A stretch of DNA of 64,000 bases from Squalus acanthias (lineage: Eukaryota). The notes under the pieces are model-generated. The model had not been told where the DNA came from. It made no database searches and saw only the letters and a program-made list of their open reading frames with translations. Below, piece after piece: positions 38,589 through 52,840 of the stretch. The stretch is taken from contig CM059431.1 of assembly GCA_030390025.1 (NCBI GenBank), positions 128,466,001 to 128,530,000 on the forward strand, in the 5' to 3' direction. Numbering within the stretch: the stretch's first letter is position 1; every line of letters starts with the position of its first letter. Both the position numbers and the translations under genes were made by a program.

Positions 38589-39654
38589 TGACGAGGGCCA
38601 TATATGGGGGAATGACCAGGGTGAGATAGGGTAATGGTTTTAATAGGGACTACAGCATCAAAGTTAAGATGAGGGTGTGATGGAGCAGATCAGTAGCTGC
38701 AGAAATATTATGTTGAATGTCGGGTCAAAGACGAGACAGTTCGGAATTTGAAATGCAGTTGTAAGTGACTTGGGGAAGAGTTTTTTCCGGGGTGGACACA
38801 GAAGGAAGTGGGGTTGGGAGGGGCAAGGGGATGTGGATGGAGAGTGGTACAGGAAGTGACCAGAGATGGCCTTATCCGTGATTGACATGATCAGAATAGC
38901 AAGGCCATGTGAGAAAGCAAGGTCAAGGAGGTGGCCGTGAATATGAGTAGGGATGTTTATATGGAGGGAGAGATAAATGGTAGACAGGAGGGCAGAGAGA
39001 GCATGACGTTTTGTTATTGCTCCATGTTTGCAGCAGAATTGTATGCCCAAACACATTCAAATATACCTGGGTAAATATCTGATTTGGACAGTCATTAGGT
39101 AGAAATCAAAAGACTTTCATGGTGCTCAGTGATAAACCTGTAAGGAGAATGCAAGAATGCAGTATAATCTGAGAGATCGGTCCTGGAGTCTCAACTTGGG
39201 ACTTTGAAGGAAAATTTCCAGGGTGCAATTTTCAGCAACACGTTTAGGTGCTGAAGATCCTCTGAGGTGGCCAAGATGGAGTCTTAAGCTGAAACGCCAG
39301 ATTAGTCCATGTTTAGCGCAAGACGGCATCTTAGTAAAGGAGTTGAAGCGTGCACTAGGAACAGCTGCCGGAGGCTTGTTAGAGGCTGATTGCCACTTAA
39401 AATGCCTGCTAGTGCTGATTAAGTAGGCTGCATGGCATTTTGGTGGCTAGCGCTTGTCCTAACACCGTCTCCTAACAGCGATCAACTGTTTGGGAATAAT
39501 CAAGGCGTTGATGTGCATTTTAAGCGCTACTTAAAGGTCTACTCACCATTTCATGCTCACTTGCTGCTGGAGCTGCTGAAGACCTCTGAAACACATTGGG
39601 AGACTTTCTGGGACACTTTGTCGAGGCTTCACCAACACTCTAGCCACATTTATT

Positions 39655-42500
39655 CATAGAGTCATAGAATCATAGAAATTTACAGCACAGAAGGAGGCCA
39701 TTCGGCCCATCTTGTCCGTGCTGGCTGACAAAGAGCTATCCACCCTAATCCCACTTTCCAGCATTTGGTCCGTAGCCTTGTAGGTTACGGCTCTTCAAGT
39801 GCATATACAGTACTTTTAAAATGTGATGAGGGTCTCTGCCTCGACCACCCTTTCAGGCAGTGAGTTCTTGACCCCCACTACCCTCTGGGTGAAAAAATTT
39901 CTGATCAAATCCCCTCTAAACTTCTGACCAATTACTTTAAATCTATGCCCCCTGGTTATGGACCCTCTGCTAAGGGAAATAGGTCCTTCCTATCCACTCT
40001 ATCTAGGCCCCTCATAATTTTATACATCTCAACTAGGTCTCCCCTCAGCCTCCTCTGTTCCAAAGAAAACAATCCCCGCCTATCCAATCTTTCCTCATAG
40101 CTAAAATTCCCCAGCCCAGGCAACATTCTCGTAAATCTCCTCTGCACCCTCTCTAGTGCAATCACATCCTTCCTGTAATGTGGTGACCAGAACTGTACGC
40201 AGTATTCTAGCTGCAGCCTAACTAGTGTTTTATACAGTTCAAGCATAACCTCCCTGCTCTTATATTCTATGCCTCAACTAATAAAGGCAAGTATCCCGTA
40301 TGCCTTCTTAACCACCATATCTCCCTGTCCTGCTACCTTCAATGATCTGTGGACATGCATTCCAATGTCCCTCTGATCTTCTGCACTTCTCAGTGTCCTA
40401 CCATTTATTGTTTATTCCCTTGCCTTGTTAGCCCTCCCCAAATGCATTACCTCTCACTTCTCCAGATTGAATTCCATTTGCCACTGTTCTGCCCATCTGA
40501 CCAGTCCATTGATATCTTCCTGCAGTCTGCAGCCTTCCTCCTCACTATCAACCACATGGCCAATCTTTGTATCATCTGCAAACTTCCTAATCATACTTCC
40601 TACATTCAAGTCCAAATCATTGATATATACCACAAAAAGCAAAGGACCCAGTACTGAGCCCTGCGGAACCCCACTGGAAACAGCCTTTCAGTCACAAAAA
40701 CACCCTTCGACCATTACCCTTTGTTTATTGCCGCTGAGCCAATTTTGGATCCAAATTGCCACTTTGCCTTGGATCCCATGGGCTATTACTTTCGTGACCA
40801 GTCTGTCATGCGGGACCTTATCAAAAGCCTTGCTAAAATCCATATAGACTACATCAAATGCACAACCCTCATCGACCCTCCATGTTACCTCCTCAAAAAA
40901 TTCAATCAAGTTAGTCAGACACGACCTTCCCTTAACAAATTCATGCTGACTGTCCCTGATTAATCCGTGTCCTTCTAAATGAACATTTATCCTGTTCCTC
41001 AGAATTTTTTCCAATAATTTTCCCACCACCAAGGTTAGGCTAACTGGCCTGTAATTACTCGGTCTATCCCTTTCTCTCTTTTTAAATGATGGTACCACAT
41101 TAGCAGTCCTCCAGTCCTCTGGCACCACACTTGTAGCCAGAGAGGATTGGAAAATGATGGTTCGAGCCTCTGCTATTTCCTCTCTTACTTCTCTTAACAG
41201 TCTGGGATACATTTTCCATGGCAGGGGATTTATCCACTTTCAAAGATGCTAAACCTCTTTCACTATGTTTATTTCATCTAATATTTCACACTCCTCCCTG
41301 ATTGCAATGTTTGCATCGTCCCTCTCTTTTGTGAAAACAGACGCAAAGTATTCATTAAGAACCATACCCACGTCTTCTGCTTCCACACACAGGTCACCTT
41401 CATGGTCCCTAATAGGCCCTATTCTTACTTTAGCTATCCTCTTGCTCTTCATGTATTTATAAAATATCTTTGGGTTTTCCTTGATTTTACTTGCCAATAG
41501 TTTTTCATGCCCTCTCTTTGCTTTCCTAATATATTTTTTGATTTCACTTGCACTTTCTATACTCCTCTCGGCTTTCTGTAGTATTGAGTCCTCGGTATCT
41601 GTCATAAGCTTACCTTTTTTTCTTTATCCTACCCTGTACGCCCCTTTGACATCCAGGGAGCTCTAGATTTGTTAGTCCTGCCCTTTTTCTTTAAGGGAAC
41701 TTACTTGCTCTGAACCCTCACTATCTCCTCCTTGAATGCCTCCCACTGCTCTGACACTGATTTACCTTCAAGTTTCTGTCTCCAGTCCACTTTGGCTAAA
41801 TCACCTCTCAGCTTAGTAAAATTAGCTTTTCCCCAATTGAGAACTTTTATTCCTGGTCCATCCTTGTCCTTTTCCATAACTACCCTAAATCTAACTGAAT
41901 TATAATCACTACCACCAATATGCTCTCCCACTGATACCCTTTCTATCTGCCCAGCTTCATTCCCTAAAACTAGGTCAAGAACCGCCCCCTCTCTTGTCGG
42001 GCTTGCTACGTACTGGCTAAAAAAGTTCTCCTGAATGCATGTTAAGAATTCTGCTCCCAGTTAATATTAGAGAAGTTGAAATCCCCTACTATTACTGCCC
42101 TATTTTTGCATGTCTCAGAAATTTGCCTACATATTTGCTCTTCTATCTCCCTCTGATTGTTCGGAGGTCTATAGTACACTCCCAGTGTGATTGCCCATTT
42201 TTTGTTTTTCAGTTCAACCCATATGACCTCATTTGATGATCCTTCTAAGATATCCTCCCTCCTCACTACTGTAATTGATTCTTTATTCAATATTGCGACC
42301 CCCTCCTTTTTTATCCCCCTCTCTATCTCATCTGAAAACCCTGTAACCAGGAATGTTGAGCTGCCATTCCTGCCCTTCTTTCAGCCATGTCTCAGTAATA
42401 GCTATAATATCATACTCCCATGTGTCTATCTGTGCCCTCAGCTCATCTGCTTTATTCTCTAGACTCTTTGCGTTGAAGTATGTACCATTATTCTGCAAAT
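39655..42500 (-). mobile_element. CR1 LINE, near-complete degenerate ORF2
   Basis: IAITETW, VGDFN, DFSKAFDKV, KFADD, LEYCVQFWSP; (CATAGAAT)-like tail. Confidence 0.9.
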
Positions 42501-42539
42501 TCTCTGTGGACTTCACCTATAATGAATAAGTGCTGTGCT

Positions 42540-43100
42540 ACTCCACCTTATTGGACACTTTATAGGAATCACCAGGAGAAAGGAAGTGCTTGGTCATAGG
42601 AATCTTGCTCGGGGTCCCCCTTGGTCTTGACGAGGAATGGGAGGAGGACATGAGGCCAGGCAGAGTAGCACCAGCTGCTGCAGGAGAGAGGGACAGGGGA
42701 CGAGGTGGCTTCCATGCCCCCTGTGGGTAGAGGACATCTATCATCCTCTGGACCTCCTCCACCAGGACCTCCAGTGCCATGTCCGAGAATCTGTGCACCC
42801 TCTCCTTTGGTCCCTGAGCCATCCTACAATGTGCCACTGTGTACCAGCCAGTGCACACCACACCTTCAGTGGAAGTGGTGCAAGGAGCCCACATATACCA
42901 CTCCACAAAAATTGCATCTACTCAGCACTTGAGTGCTAAACCTGCAGGTGTCTGGCTTAGCACCTCCAGGCAAATTCAAGTTATAGTAATCAGCAATTAG
43001 GCTCAAAATTGTGTGCTAATTCCAGACTGTCATACAGGCATCTTATTATCACAGCACCCATTTAGCGCCTGTTTTCACCCACACCAGCCCCAATCTCCTG
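42540..43100 (-). mobile_element. Decayed Harbinger fragment (Myb-like N-terminus)
   Basis: ERVHRFSDMALEVLVEEVQR...VLYP, similar to ERAERFTERALDALV...ILYP at 14746. Confidence 0.6.
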
Positions 43101-43574
43101 TGATGTTACAACAACATTAAGTTGAAATATTGGAAAGGAGGTGAAACTGACAGGGGTTTTACCTCAGGTAGCACGTTAACGATCACTGACAACTAGACAG
43201 AAAGCTGCATGATTGGGAGTTGTAAAGAAGTTTGCAACTGCCTAGAATACCTCTCAAGCAGAGTCAGTATGTTTACAGAGAAAAACACCATCCTAAGTTT
43301 TTAAGTTGAATATATATACATTTGAAAAGTTCACTTGAAAATATATCTTCCGACTGTTTCCGGCTTCCGTCCGCACTGCTCGCAGGGTGATTGAGAAATC
43401 AGCTTTGGGGTTGGCTTAATCCCTCATAATGCATTGCAGCTCATTGTTTCCGCACATGTTTGCAACCTTGATCCATTGCACAGAAATATAGCATCCTCCA
43501 TAGCTGGATTCATGAACTTTTCATCATCTATACCATAATGTAAGTGGTTTGTTAGCTGCTGGAGAAGTGTTAAC

Positions 43575-44380
43575 CACAACTTGCATTTATATAGCGCCTT
43601 TACCATAGTAAAACGTCCCAAGGTGTTTTACAGGAGCGTTATCAAATAAAATTTGACACCAAGCCACACAAGGAGATTTTAGGACAGATGACCAAAAGCT
43701 TGGTCAAAGAGATAGGTTTTAAGGAGTGTCTAAAAGGAGGAGAGAGATGTAGAGAGGTGGAGAGGTTTACAGAGGGAATTCCAGAGCTTAGGGACGAGGC
43801 AGCTGAAAGCACGGCCACCAGTGGTGGAATGATTAAAATACAGGATGTGCAAAGACCAGAATTAAAGAAGTGCGGCGATCTCGGAGGGTTGATGGGCTGG
43901 AGGAGGTTACAAAGATAGGGAGGGGCGAGGCCATGGAGGGATTTGAAAAGAAGGATGGCAATTTTAAAATTGAGGCGTTGCCGGACCAGGAGCCAATGTA
44001 GGTCACAGATAAAAGGGGTGAAGAATAAATGGGACTTTGTGTGAGTTAGGATACGGGCAGCAGAGCTTTGGATGAGTTCAAGTATATGGAGGGTGGAAGA
44101 TAGGAGGCTGGAAAGGAGTGTCGGAATAGTCAAGTCTAGAGGTAAGAAAGGGACGGATGAGGTTTCAGCAGCAGATGAGCTGAGGCAAGGGCTGAATCAG
44201 GCAATGTTACGGAGGTGGAAATAGGCGATCTTAGTGATGGTGTAAATATGTGGTCAGAAACTCATCTAGGGATCAAATACGACACCAAGTTTGCAAACAG
44301 TCTGGTTCAGCCTCAGATAGTTTCCAGGGAGAGGGATGGAGTTGGTCGCTAGGAAACAGAGTTTGTGGTGAAGAGCAAAG
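43575..44380 (-). mobile_element. L2-type LINE 3' fragment (continues at ~47845-47900)
   Basis: Homologous to 1840-2838; LIQSSAARILT, LHWL, FKSLHGLAPPYL. Confidence 0.8.
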
Positions 44381-44679
44381 AAACTGGTCGGAATTTTCTT
44401 TACCTGGGTGGATCCGGTGCGAGCGGTTGCCGTGGCGGGTCGTGACCCCGTTCTTGCTTCTATCCCGCTGCAAAAATCAACTTTGCGCCAATGGGGCCTA
44501 TTAAGCCCGCCCTGCACATTACCCGGCCCTATTAAATGATGCAGGTCTGATGTCATCATCGATGACGCATTTCCAGCTGGGATATTTAAAGGAGCCATGG
44601 CTACATTACATTTGAAGGTTCATCTAGGAGTGTGCAGGCACTACACTGGAGCTTTTGATTGTTCCAAACACTTGGAAAC

Positions 44680-46490
44680 ATGACTGCACAGAGACAGAGG
44701 GCTGCACTCGGTTCTCCGATGACTCCCTCCATATGCTTGTGGAGGGAGTGAGAGCATGCAGGGAGGTCCTCTTCCCTTCAAATGGGCGGAAAAGACCTCC
44801 CCAGGAGACAAAAAGAGCCTGGCTCCAAAATGCAGAGGAGGTGAACAGCAGGGATGTGGTCAGGAGGACCTGGGTGCAGTGCCGGAAACATTTCAATGAT
44901 CTCATTCGATCAAGAAAGGTGAGTAGAAAGCCACACTCAACTTCATCCTGCTGTACCTCTCATCACATCACCATCACTCTGCCTTCCCAACCCTACTCCT
45001 GCACATCATTACTCACACCTTGCACCTCCATCTATCCCTCTCTATCTACATTATCACGTCCCCATCTGACTAGCCACCCCTCACACTCACCCTCATCCTA
45101 ATGCAATCATACCAACTAACAACACACAAGGAGGCCATTTGGCATTGCCACCCCAGTCTATCATAGTCTCTCTCTAAAGATGTATCCCATCCATTCCTCA
45201 CTCATTCCGTCACTCTCACACAATCTTCTCTTCTTTCCCTCCTTGCAGGAAAAGAGAGCCCAAAATAAGAGGGAGAGGGAGAGAACTGGAGGTGGCCCTC
45301 CATCATTTGCCACCCTCAAATCGGGAGTCACCGAGCAGCAGGAGGTGGGAGACGGAGAGAGGGGGACATCTCAGCAACCCGGTGACCGAATTACATCTCA
45401 TACAGCCACATGGCATACAGCAGTCATCTGGGGTGATGGCATCAGCCACTGAATGGTCATCATGTGCATGATGGTATCTGTACCCATTCTTCATATGACA
45501 TAACTAACTCCTCTCTTTACTCTCCCACAGGTCCATCAAGAGTCCCGTGCCCCCCATTGTCCAGGAAGAAGAGGAAGATGACTCCTCAGATGAGCCTTCC
45601 GTCTCTGACGGTGCACCGTCACCAGACATGAGCGCACCCAGCACCAGCGCAGATACACACACCTCAGTGGGTCCCACGTGGGATAGAGTAGTGTTGTCAC
45701 CTGGTGTGTCACAACTCACAAGTGAGCAAGAGCAGATGGTGGAGACAGGGACAGCAGTGGAGACTCCTCACTGGAGGGTGCAGGATGCTCTCAGCTCTGC
45801 TCAGCTACATGTAGACACTGAGCCTCGGGGGCCATCGAGAAAGAGAGCGTTCCTGGAGGTGCAGCAAGGAGTGCAGGAGGCTTTGACAGGTTTTGCGACT
45901 GCGATGTCTGCAAATGTTCAGAGAATGGAGGAGTCCATCTCCAACATGAACACCACTGTGTCGCAGGTGATGGCGACTGTAGGCTCTTCCAAGGAAAGGA
46001 TAGCCACCTGCATGGAGCAGCTAATGCGTCACTCACAGGAGCACATGATCTCTATGAAGAATAGATGGCAGAGGCTCATAGATCTCCTCTCTAGGAGGGA
46101 TGTCAACGTAGACGTGGGTCCTCATGGCCCCACTGATGTGCAGCAAGGTGATCTCCAGATCCTTGCTAGCAGGGAAGAGCGGGTGGTGGTGAAATGGGAC
46201 ATGGAGGTGTGGGCTCCTCTCAAAGCACTTAAACACCTCCCCCGTTGCCACCCTCTCAGTCAGAGCCCCAGATGCCTCCTTGGACAGCAATGGCTGAGTC
46301 TGCCCCTGCACAATTGCAGGAGGAGCAGACTTTGGCGGGGCCATCACAGGCTCCAAGGCAGAGGACGTCCACCATGAGTGTCTAAGCAGTCACAGCAGGG
46401 AAGTGAGCAAGCTGCCTCTACCTCTGCTGAAGCCACAGGGGAAGCACCTCATAGAAGCACGCGTAAGAGAAAGATGAAACACAGGTAGAT
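44680..46490 (+). pseudogene. Harbinger Myb/SANT-like gene, 3 exons, frameshifted
   Basis: Donor after 44918, acceptors before 45249 and 45531; exon layout parallels 12903-14746. Confidence 0.7.
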
Positions 46491-46775
46491 TCACAAGGAT
46501 AGTCATTTGGGTGTTTTATTCAATGTTAATGTCAAGTTTCCTTTAATGAGATCTCAACCATAAAAATCTTTATTTTCACCACTTGGACAAATTTGTGTGC
46601 ACTTTTAGTGACTTAGTAAGTTGCAGTGAATGGTGAGACATAACGGTACCCCCTGCAATGGTGGTCAGTGTGAAAGGAATGGCTTGGTCATTGGTAGGGA
46701 TGCTTTATGGTGTTGCTGTGGGGTGGTGCCAACCTGGCGCAGCATGTGGCAGCCAGATGGGTGTACTGCATAAAG

Positions 46776-47840
46776 TTAAGTAAATCTGGCCATGATGAGG
46801 CCATCCCTGGCCTCCCATGCAGCAATGTGCTCAGGTGCTGGTGGGATCCAGCCCACAGGTTCCTCCAGCTCCTCTGCTTCCAGCTGATGCTCCTCCCCCT
46901 CCTGCTCCTCCATCTCTGAAGAGGCTGTGCACTCAGTGCCTTGCTCCTCATGCAGCGCTAATCCTTGCTGCTGCGCTATGTTGTGCAGGGCGCAGCAGAC
47001 AACGACGATTCTGGAGACCCTGGCTGGTGCATACTGAAGGGCTCTTCCAGATCTGTCAAGGCATCTGAAGCGCATTTTCAGCATGCCTATTGTCTGCTCT
47101 ATGTCACATCTGGTGGAAATGTGGCTTTCATTGTATCTCTCCTGGGCCTCAGTACTTGGCCTCCTCAAGGGTGTCATGCGCCATGTCTTCAGTGGATAGC
47201 CCTTGTCTCCAAGCAGCCAGCCGGAAAAGATGTTTGGAGGATGGAAGAGCTGAGGGGTGGCGGGGGGGATGGACTGGTGCAGGACGAAAGAGTCATGACA
47301 GCTGCCAGGGAATTTGGCACACACATGCATGATAATCTATCTTCCTATGGTTGCAGACCAGCTGCACATTAAGGGACTGGAAGACCTTGCGGTTGACAAA
47401 TAATCCTGGGTTATGATGGGGTGCCCTGATGGCTACATGTGTGCAGTCAATGATGCTCTGCACCCGTAGGAAGCCAGACAGAGTGGCAAAGCCGAACGCC
47501 CGCTCAGTAACACTGACTTCTTCAGTGGCAAAGTTGATATAATTGGCTGACTTGTCAAACAGGGCATCAGTGACCTGTGTGATGCATCTGTGGGCGGTCA
47601 ACTACGAGATGCCGCAAATGTCTGCTGCAGATCCCTGGAAGGAGCCTGAGGTGATGAATTTGAGGGTGCTGCTGACTTTGACAGCCACTGGTAAGGTGTG
47701 TCCACTCGCTCCTCTGGGCTGCAGGTCTTACTCCAGCGATGTGCAAATGTCTGCAACAACCTGGCGTGATAGCCTGAGCCTCCTTTGGCACTGCTGCTTC
47801 GTCATGTTGAGGAAGCTCATCCTCTGCCTGTATACCCTGT
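46776..47840 (-). pseudogene. Harbinger transposase, frameshifted
   Basis: DDE motifs split across ORFs 46776-47330 and 47293-47601. Confidence 0.85.
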
Positions 47841-49727
47841 TGGAAGAAATTTCTGCTCATCCAGTACTGGTTGTCAGACAAGCAGTCTGACAATTTAGAC
47901 AGATTATTAACATAGATGAATCGATTATTTTGTTTTTGAATGCGGGTCGTGAAAATCCTATTAGAAAAAAAACCTTAAGCTCCTTATCGAGAAACATATA
48001 GCCCGCTAAGGGCCCTGACATAATGGGATCATGGAAATGATGAGGCTACTTTGCACTCCACTACACCTATTTCCCAGGCACAAAGCAGAGGAAAGAGGGA
48101 TGGAAATCTATTTAATCATTTCGCCAACCGCTTTGTCCTTGACACAGATTTCCAGGGATTTCCGCAATCAGGGTCATATTTGTAAAGCTACAGTGGCATT
48201 GAAACACTTTCCATCCCACCTTCTTGGGTTTCCACCTAGCAGAATCCCAGAAACTAGCTTGCCCATTGATAGTGAGCCTTCAAGGTTACACCCAGCCCAT
48301 AAGATTTGAATATCTGAGAATGGGATGTCAGCAATATTTTCTCACCTCCAAACAGATAAGATTTTCTTTTCCAGGGTCAACAAAAGGGATCAACGGGTTG
48401 GAGGCCCTCTTGCTGCTGGTTGTAGAAAGTAGCTTTAAGGCACTGAAACTGGCAACCATTATTGTTGCTACTTAGGCCTGCAAGAGCAGTCAACTTTAAG
48501 AAAACATTTTAAGTCATCATGATGGATGATTCAGCAATAAATGATTGGTGGATATTTCCACAAATCAATCAAAAATAATCTGTCAAGTGTCCTTTCACTG
48601 TAACCTGGATGATAACCCCTCTTCTCTACATTTGAATTTGTAGCGAGAATTTCTAAAGCGTTCCCTTAGTGCAGCTATCACAGGCAATATCACCATAGCA
48701 AAAGTCTCTCTTCAGAGACAACTGATGAAGAATTAACCAGGATCTTACAAATGGAAGTGCACACCTGTTCCCACATAGAAAAAGTTAATGAGATGTCACA
48801 AGTGACGAACTACCTGAACCTCCTTTTTATTGTTTAGGCTAAACCTTGTGATGGATAAATGTGACATTACCATGAAAGGCAGCACCTTATCTTCCACATG
48901 CAAATAAAAATGCTATACTGGAAAATTGTTAGAAGCCCAACATAATGATTCCTATCATTTATGTCATCAGTGAAAAATAAAAGGGATGACTCTCAGGGAC
49001 AGAATCATCTTTTCTGTTCAAAGTTGCTGTGAGTGGGATGACATGATATCAATAAGGTTTATGTACATGCTCAGTGGGTCAGAAAGTAAAACTTCCAATG
49101 GAAGGAAAATTCATCTTCTTTAGGTGTCACACTTCAGTGCATAAAGGCATTATAGTAGAGATAAAAATGTAGCACATTGTTAAAATATGTAATAATATAA
49201 TATTTATGAAAATGGGACTATAAATGGATATTTTTTCCACATTTTTGTAATTATTTCCTTGACCTTTACCCAAAACCATGAAGCCTTTGCAATTTTTCTT
49301 GTGAATGTCCCGAGCCTTGCTTTATTTCAAAACGATATGTGCATTTTGCTGTAAATTTTCATTAGAGTGCAGAATATACAACTAAGGCAGCCGAATTGTC
49401 CCGTATTTAATTGTTGCATTATAGTATTAAATAAACATGTGCTTGAAGTACTTGAGACTGAAGAACTGACTTTACAGGGCAGTTTCTATGAATCTGTGTT
49501 TCTTGACGCAAACTTTCGGTCAATTGGGAATTTAGGCGTGGAAGCGAGCGAACCCCGCAGAATTTCACAATACCGTCACATGTTTTTCAAGAAGATAAAA
49601 ACTTGTGCTTGTTCAATTTTTATGTAAAGATACTTTGGAGAGAGGAGATAATAAGCCAAGAAAATGATAGGGCGCACTGTTGAAGAAATTTATTTTTCTA
49701 TCTGTTGCAATGGCATTACGTCATAGT

Positions 49728-51018
49728 TGTAACTGAAGGTTATTTAAAGTATTTTCCATCAGCACCAAATAACTTCTAAATGAAGATTTGTTATTCCAAA
49801 AACATTTTTTGTTCAGCTGGGTATCTGTCTGATATGGAGTGCACACTCTTTTTCTCCATAGGGCCACACCCCACTTCCCTGAACCCAAAGGATTTCAGCA
49901 CAAGTTAGCAACAATCAGGACTTGGGGACCCCAGGTGGAGCTTAACTGGTTGAAACTGCAGCGTACTGCCACAGCGAACTGGGAAGCTTCCTACTGCTTG
50001 TCCAACCAGGATTGCCCTACATGTTAGGGAATTGGCTTGCAGGATTACAGGGTTACCTCTTCATGTCCTCCCAATGAACCAGGATGGCTGGCCAATCTGT
50101 GAAGGAATAAGCCATAGAACCTAATCAGAAAAATACACCATTCTATGAAATAATTCTGGCCTTATTAAAACATGACAAACTGGGTCTGGAAATCTAGAAA
50201 CCTAACTGGAAAAGCTGTGAAAACATTCTGGCCATAGAGATAAGATAGTTGTTGACACTGAATCAATAACCTTATTGAAACAGAAGGTTAAAGGCTCCCG
50301 ACAGCCTGAATCTTTGGGAACAAACAATAGTTCACCCTGGTTAAGGTGTTCTAATTTACACTTCGTAAAGAACCACAAACATCTGCCTTCGTAAAAATGA
50401 CATCAAATAAAGCGCACCTGCTGTTACACCGTTTTCTATTGTAAGCTTGGAACACCTAAAGGAGAGACATGGTTCTGTAATGCTACCAGCTGAGGTGACT
50501 AAGAATTGCAGAAGTCAGCGGAAAAATGACTAGAGATAATTAGCTTACATCAGCTGAAAACCTTAAAGGGAATACCACTGAAAAGGGGGATAAATATTGA
50601 ACTCTCAAATGGGATAGTAGACTCGCTGTAAAGGGGCAAAGCAATTCTCGGCTTCAGAGACAGCTCTGTAAGTCTACAACTCTTTGTACCTTGGGGATCA
50701 AAGGTATTGTATTTGATTTTGGTAGATATCCTGAATAAGACGAAGAACTGTAAAACTGTAGCGAAGTTAAGATTTGAGAGTAAGGATCTCTGATAATAAG
50801 ATTGTAAAGCTTTCGCTTTATGGAACTGTTAATGTTGCGATTGACTCACCAACTGTAAAATACATGTCGGTTCTTTAATAAATCTATATATTTTTAGAAT
50901 TGTCTCACATAATACTTCTGTATCAAACTCGCAAACTCAATCTCTGTACGCTCTTTGGTGAGGAGTTGCAGAATTCTGGGGGAGTTTTCCGGACCCTCAT
51001 AATATCCGGAACGTTACA
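49728..51018. mobile_element. Possible solo LTR (~1.29 kb)
   Basis: Inverted termini TGTAAC...GTTACA, AATAAA at ~50877, no ORF; no convincing TSD. Confidence 0.4.
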
Positions 51019-51270
51019 GTCTAGCTAAACTTATTAAAAGTGCTATCTGGAGGATGGTAACATTTTCAGGTTGTTCCTTTCCTTTAGGGAGAGATAGTCC
51101 GGACCTTTAGACCCAATTAAGCGTCTTTAGGATTTGGCTACCTCAAACTTTAGTTGAAAGTGAATGTCTGGGGAATACGCCTGATCTGGGGTAGCCCTAA
51201 AGGGGCTAGGATCAGTAATTATCCCTTCAAATCATCAGCCTTGATGCAACTGAGCCCTAAAGAGACCTTG

Positions 51271-51455
51271 TGGATAATTTTGACTTTTGTTGATAGTGTA
51301 AAACGGGCGATAGCGGACTGGCCACCCATTGTACAGCTCTCCTGATTTTCGTTCCCATTGAAGTCAATGGAAAAGAAAATCAGAAGAGGTGAACAATGGG
51401 TGGCTGATCCGATATTGCTTGTTTTACACTACTGCACGAATTGAAAATTACCCCC
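51271..51455. mobile_element. Fold-back (palindromic) MITE
   Basis: Imperfect inverted symmetry around CCATTGAAGTCAATGG; flanked by TTG on both sides. Confidence 0.75.
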
Positions 51456-51639
51456 TTGTTTTACCTTATCCCCAAGATGGATCATGATTAGCTGATCATT
51501 GGACAACTGACAAACATGAATTTCATCCCTCACTATGTGGATAATAGGAACCAGGAGCTCCTTATGAACAACATAATAAGCAGCACAGCTCACCATAACA
51601 TGTGGATGTATTGCCACCTTCCTCCTGAAAACAGCATGG

Positions 51640-52290
51640 AAACAATAGAAGTTTACATTTCAGTAGGAAAACATTCGGCCCATCATGTCTGTGCAAGCTC
51701 TTTGCTGGAGCATTCCAAACCAAATCCTACTGCCCTGCTAATTCCCCAAAGCCTTATATTTTCCTCTGCTTCAAATATTTAACCAATTTTCTCTTAAAAG
51801 GTGCAATAGTCTCTGCATCAAGCTTGTAGCAAAGGATTCCATGCTCCAACAACCCTTTGTGCAAAGAAACCTCTGTCTTTACTTTTTTAGTGATCATTTT
51901 AAATTGATGACCCCTCATTAACATTCCAGCCAAAGGAAATGGTCTTTCCCTATTCACTCTATCAAAACTACAAAATGAAAAAAAACTCTTTTAAATCTCC
52001 TTTTAATCTTCTCTCTTCCAGTGGAAATAGTCCCAATATGTCAAGTCTCTCCTGATAACAATAGTTCCCATTCATGGCATCATCCTGCTGAATCTACACT
52101 TTATACTCGCGATGATTTTAATATAATTTCTACAATGGGGCACCTAAAACTGCATGCAGTAGCCTAACTGTGGCCTTACTAATGTTTTATATAAATTTGT
52201 CATTACATCTTTACTCTATGCCTTTATTTATAAAACTAAAAATTCTATTGGCCATTTTAGTGGATTTATCGACCTTATACTCACACTTTC
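51640..52290 (-). mobile_element. Old CR1 3' fragment
   Basis: Diverged similarity to the other CR1 3' ends (TTCGGCCCATC, RPQL.Y..QF-type region). Confidence 0.55.
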
Positions 52291-52539
52291 AGGGAATTAT
52301 GGGCTAAAAATTGGGGAGGCTTTACATCACCCGGTACCGTCAAAAAAATCCCGAAAAGAGGGCGGCTGGCGGTCTTTCACCAGCTGGTGGCGGGTCCCAT
52401 GGCTTCCTCCATTTTCCTAGGCCCGGCTGCGCTGCCGGTAAGATCCATCACCCTGCAAATTAAAATGAGGGAGTGGTGACATCAGTCAGCATGCAACACC
52501 TACTTAATGTCACCATAGTGAACTTGGAACTTTCACACA

Positions 52540-52840
52540 GAATCCCCACAATGCAGATAGAGGCCATTTCGGCCCATCGAGCCTGCACCGACACATATCC
52601 CACCCTATCCCCGTAACCCCACGTATTTAATCCCCCCTAACACTAAGGGTCAATTTATCATAGCCAAATCAACCTAACCCGCACATCTTTGGACTGTGGG
52701 AGGAAACCGGAGCACCCGAAGGAAACCCACGCAGACACGGGGAGAATGTGCAAACTCCACACAGACAGTCACCCGTGGCCGTATTCGAACCCGGGTCCCT
52801 GGCGCTGTGAGGTAACAGTGCTAACCACTATGCCACCGTT
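52540..52840 (-). mobile_element. V-SINE (HE1-like)
   Basis: tRNA-like head with A/B boxes (GTGGCATAGTGG, GGTTCGAAT), V-domain GTGTGGAGTTTGCACATTCTCCCCGTG..GGGTTTCC, CR1-like 3' tail. Confidence 0.8.

Larger units (their letters stand above)
44386..47840. mobile_element. Second Harbinger family, decayed and truncated on the right
   Basis: Myb-like gene on + (RFSDDSL...QCRKHFNDL; TGGG) and transposase on - ([34 protein letters not shown]). Confidence 0.88.

Noticed and set aside
47900..49720. Possible host exons in non-repeat stretches (also 1260-1830, 2840-3640, 43100-43570)
   Set aside because: No recognisable protein motif or convincing splice-flanked ORF; short exons cannot be excluded without alignment
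52770..52840. tRNA gene
   Set aside because: The A/B boxes belong to a SINE head; no complete cloverleaf
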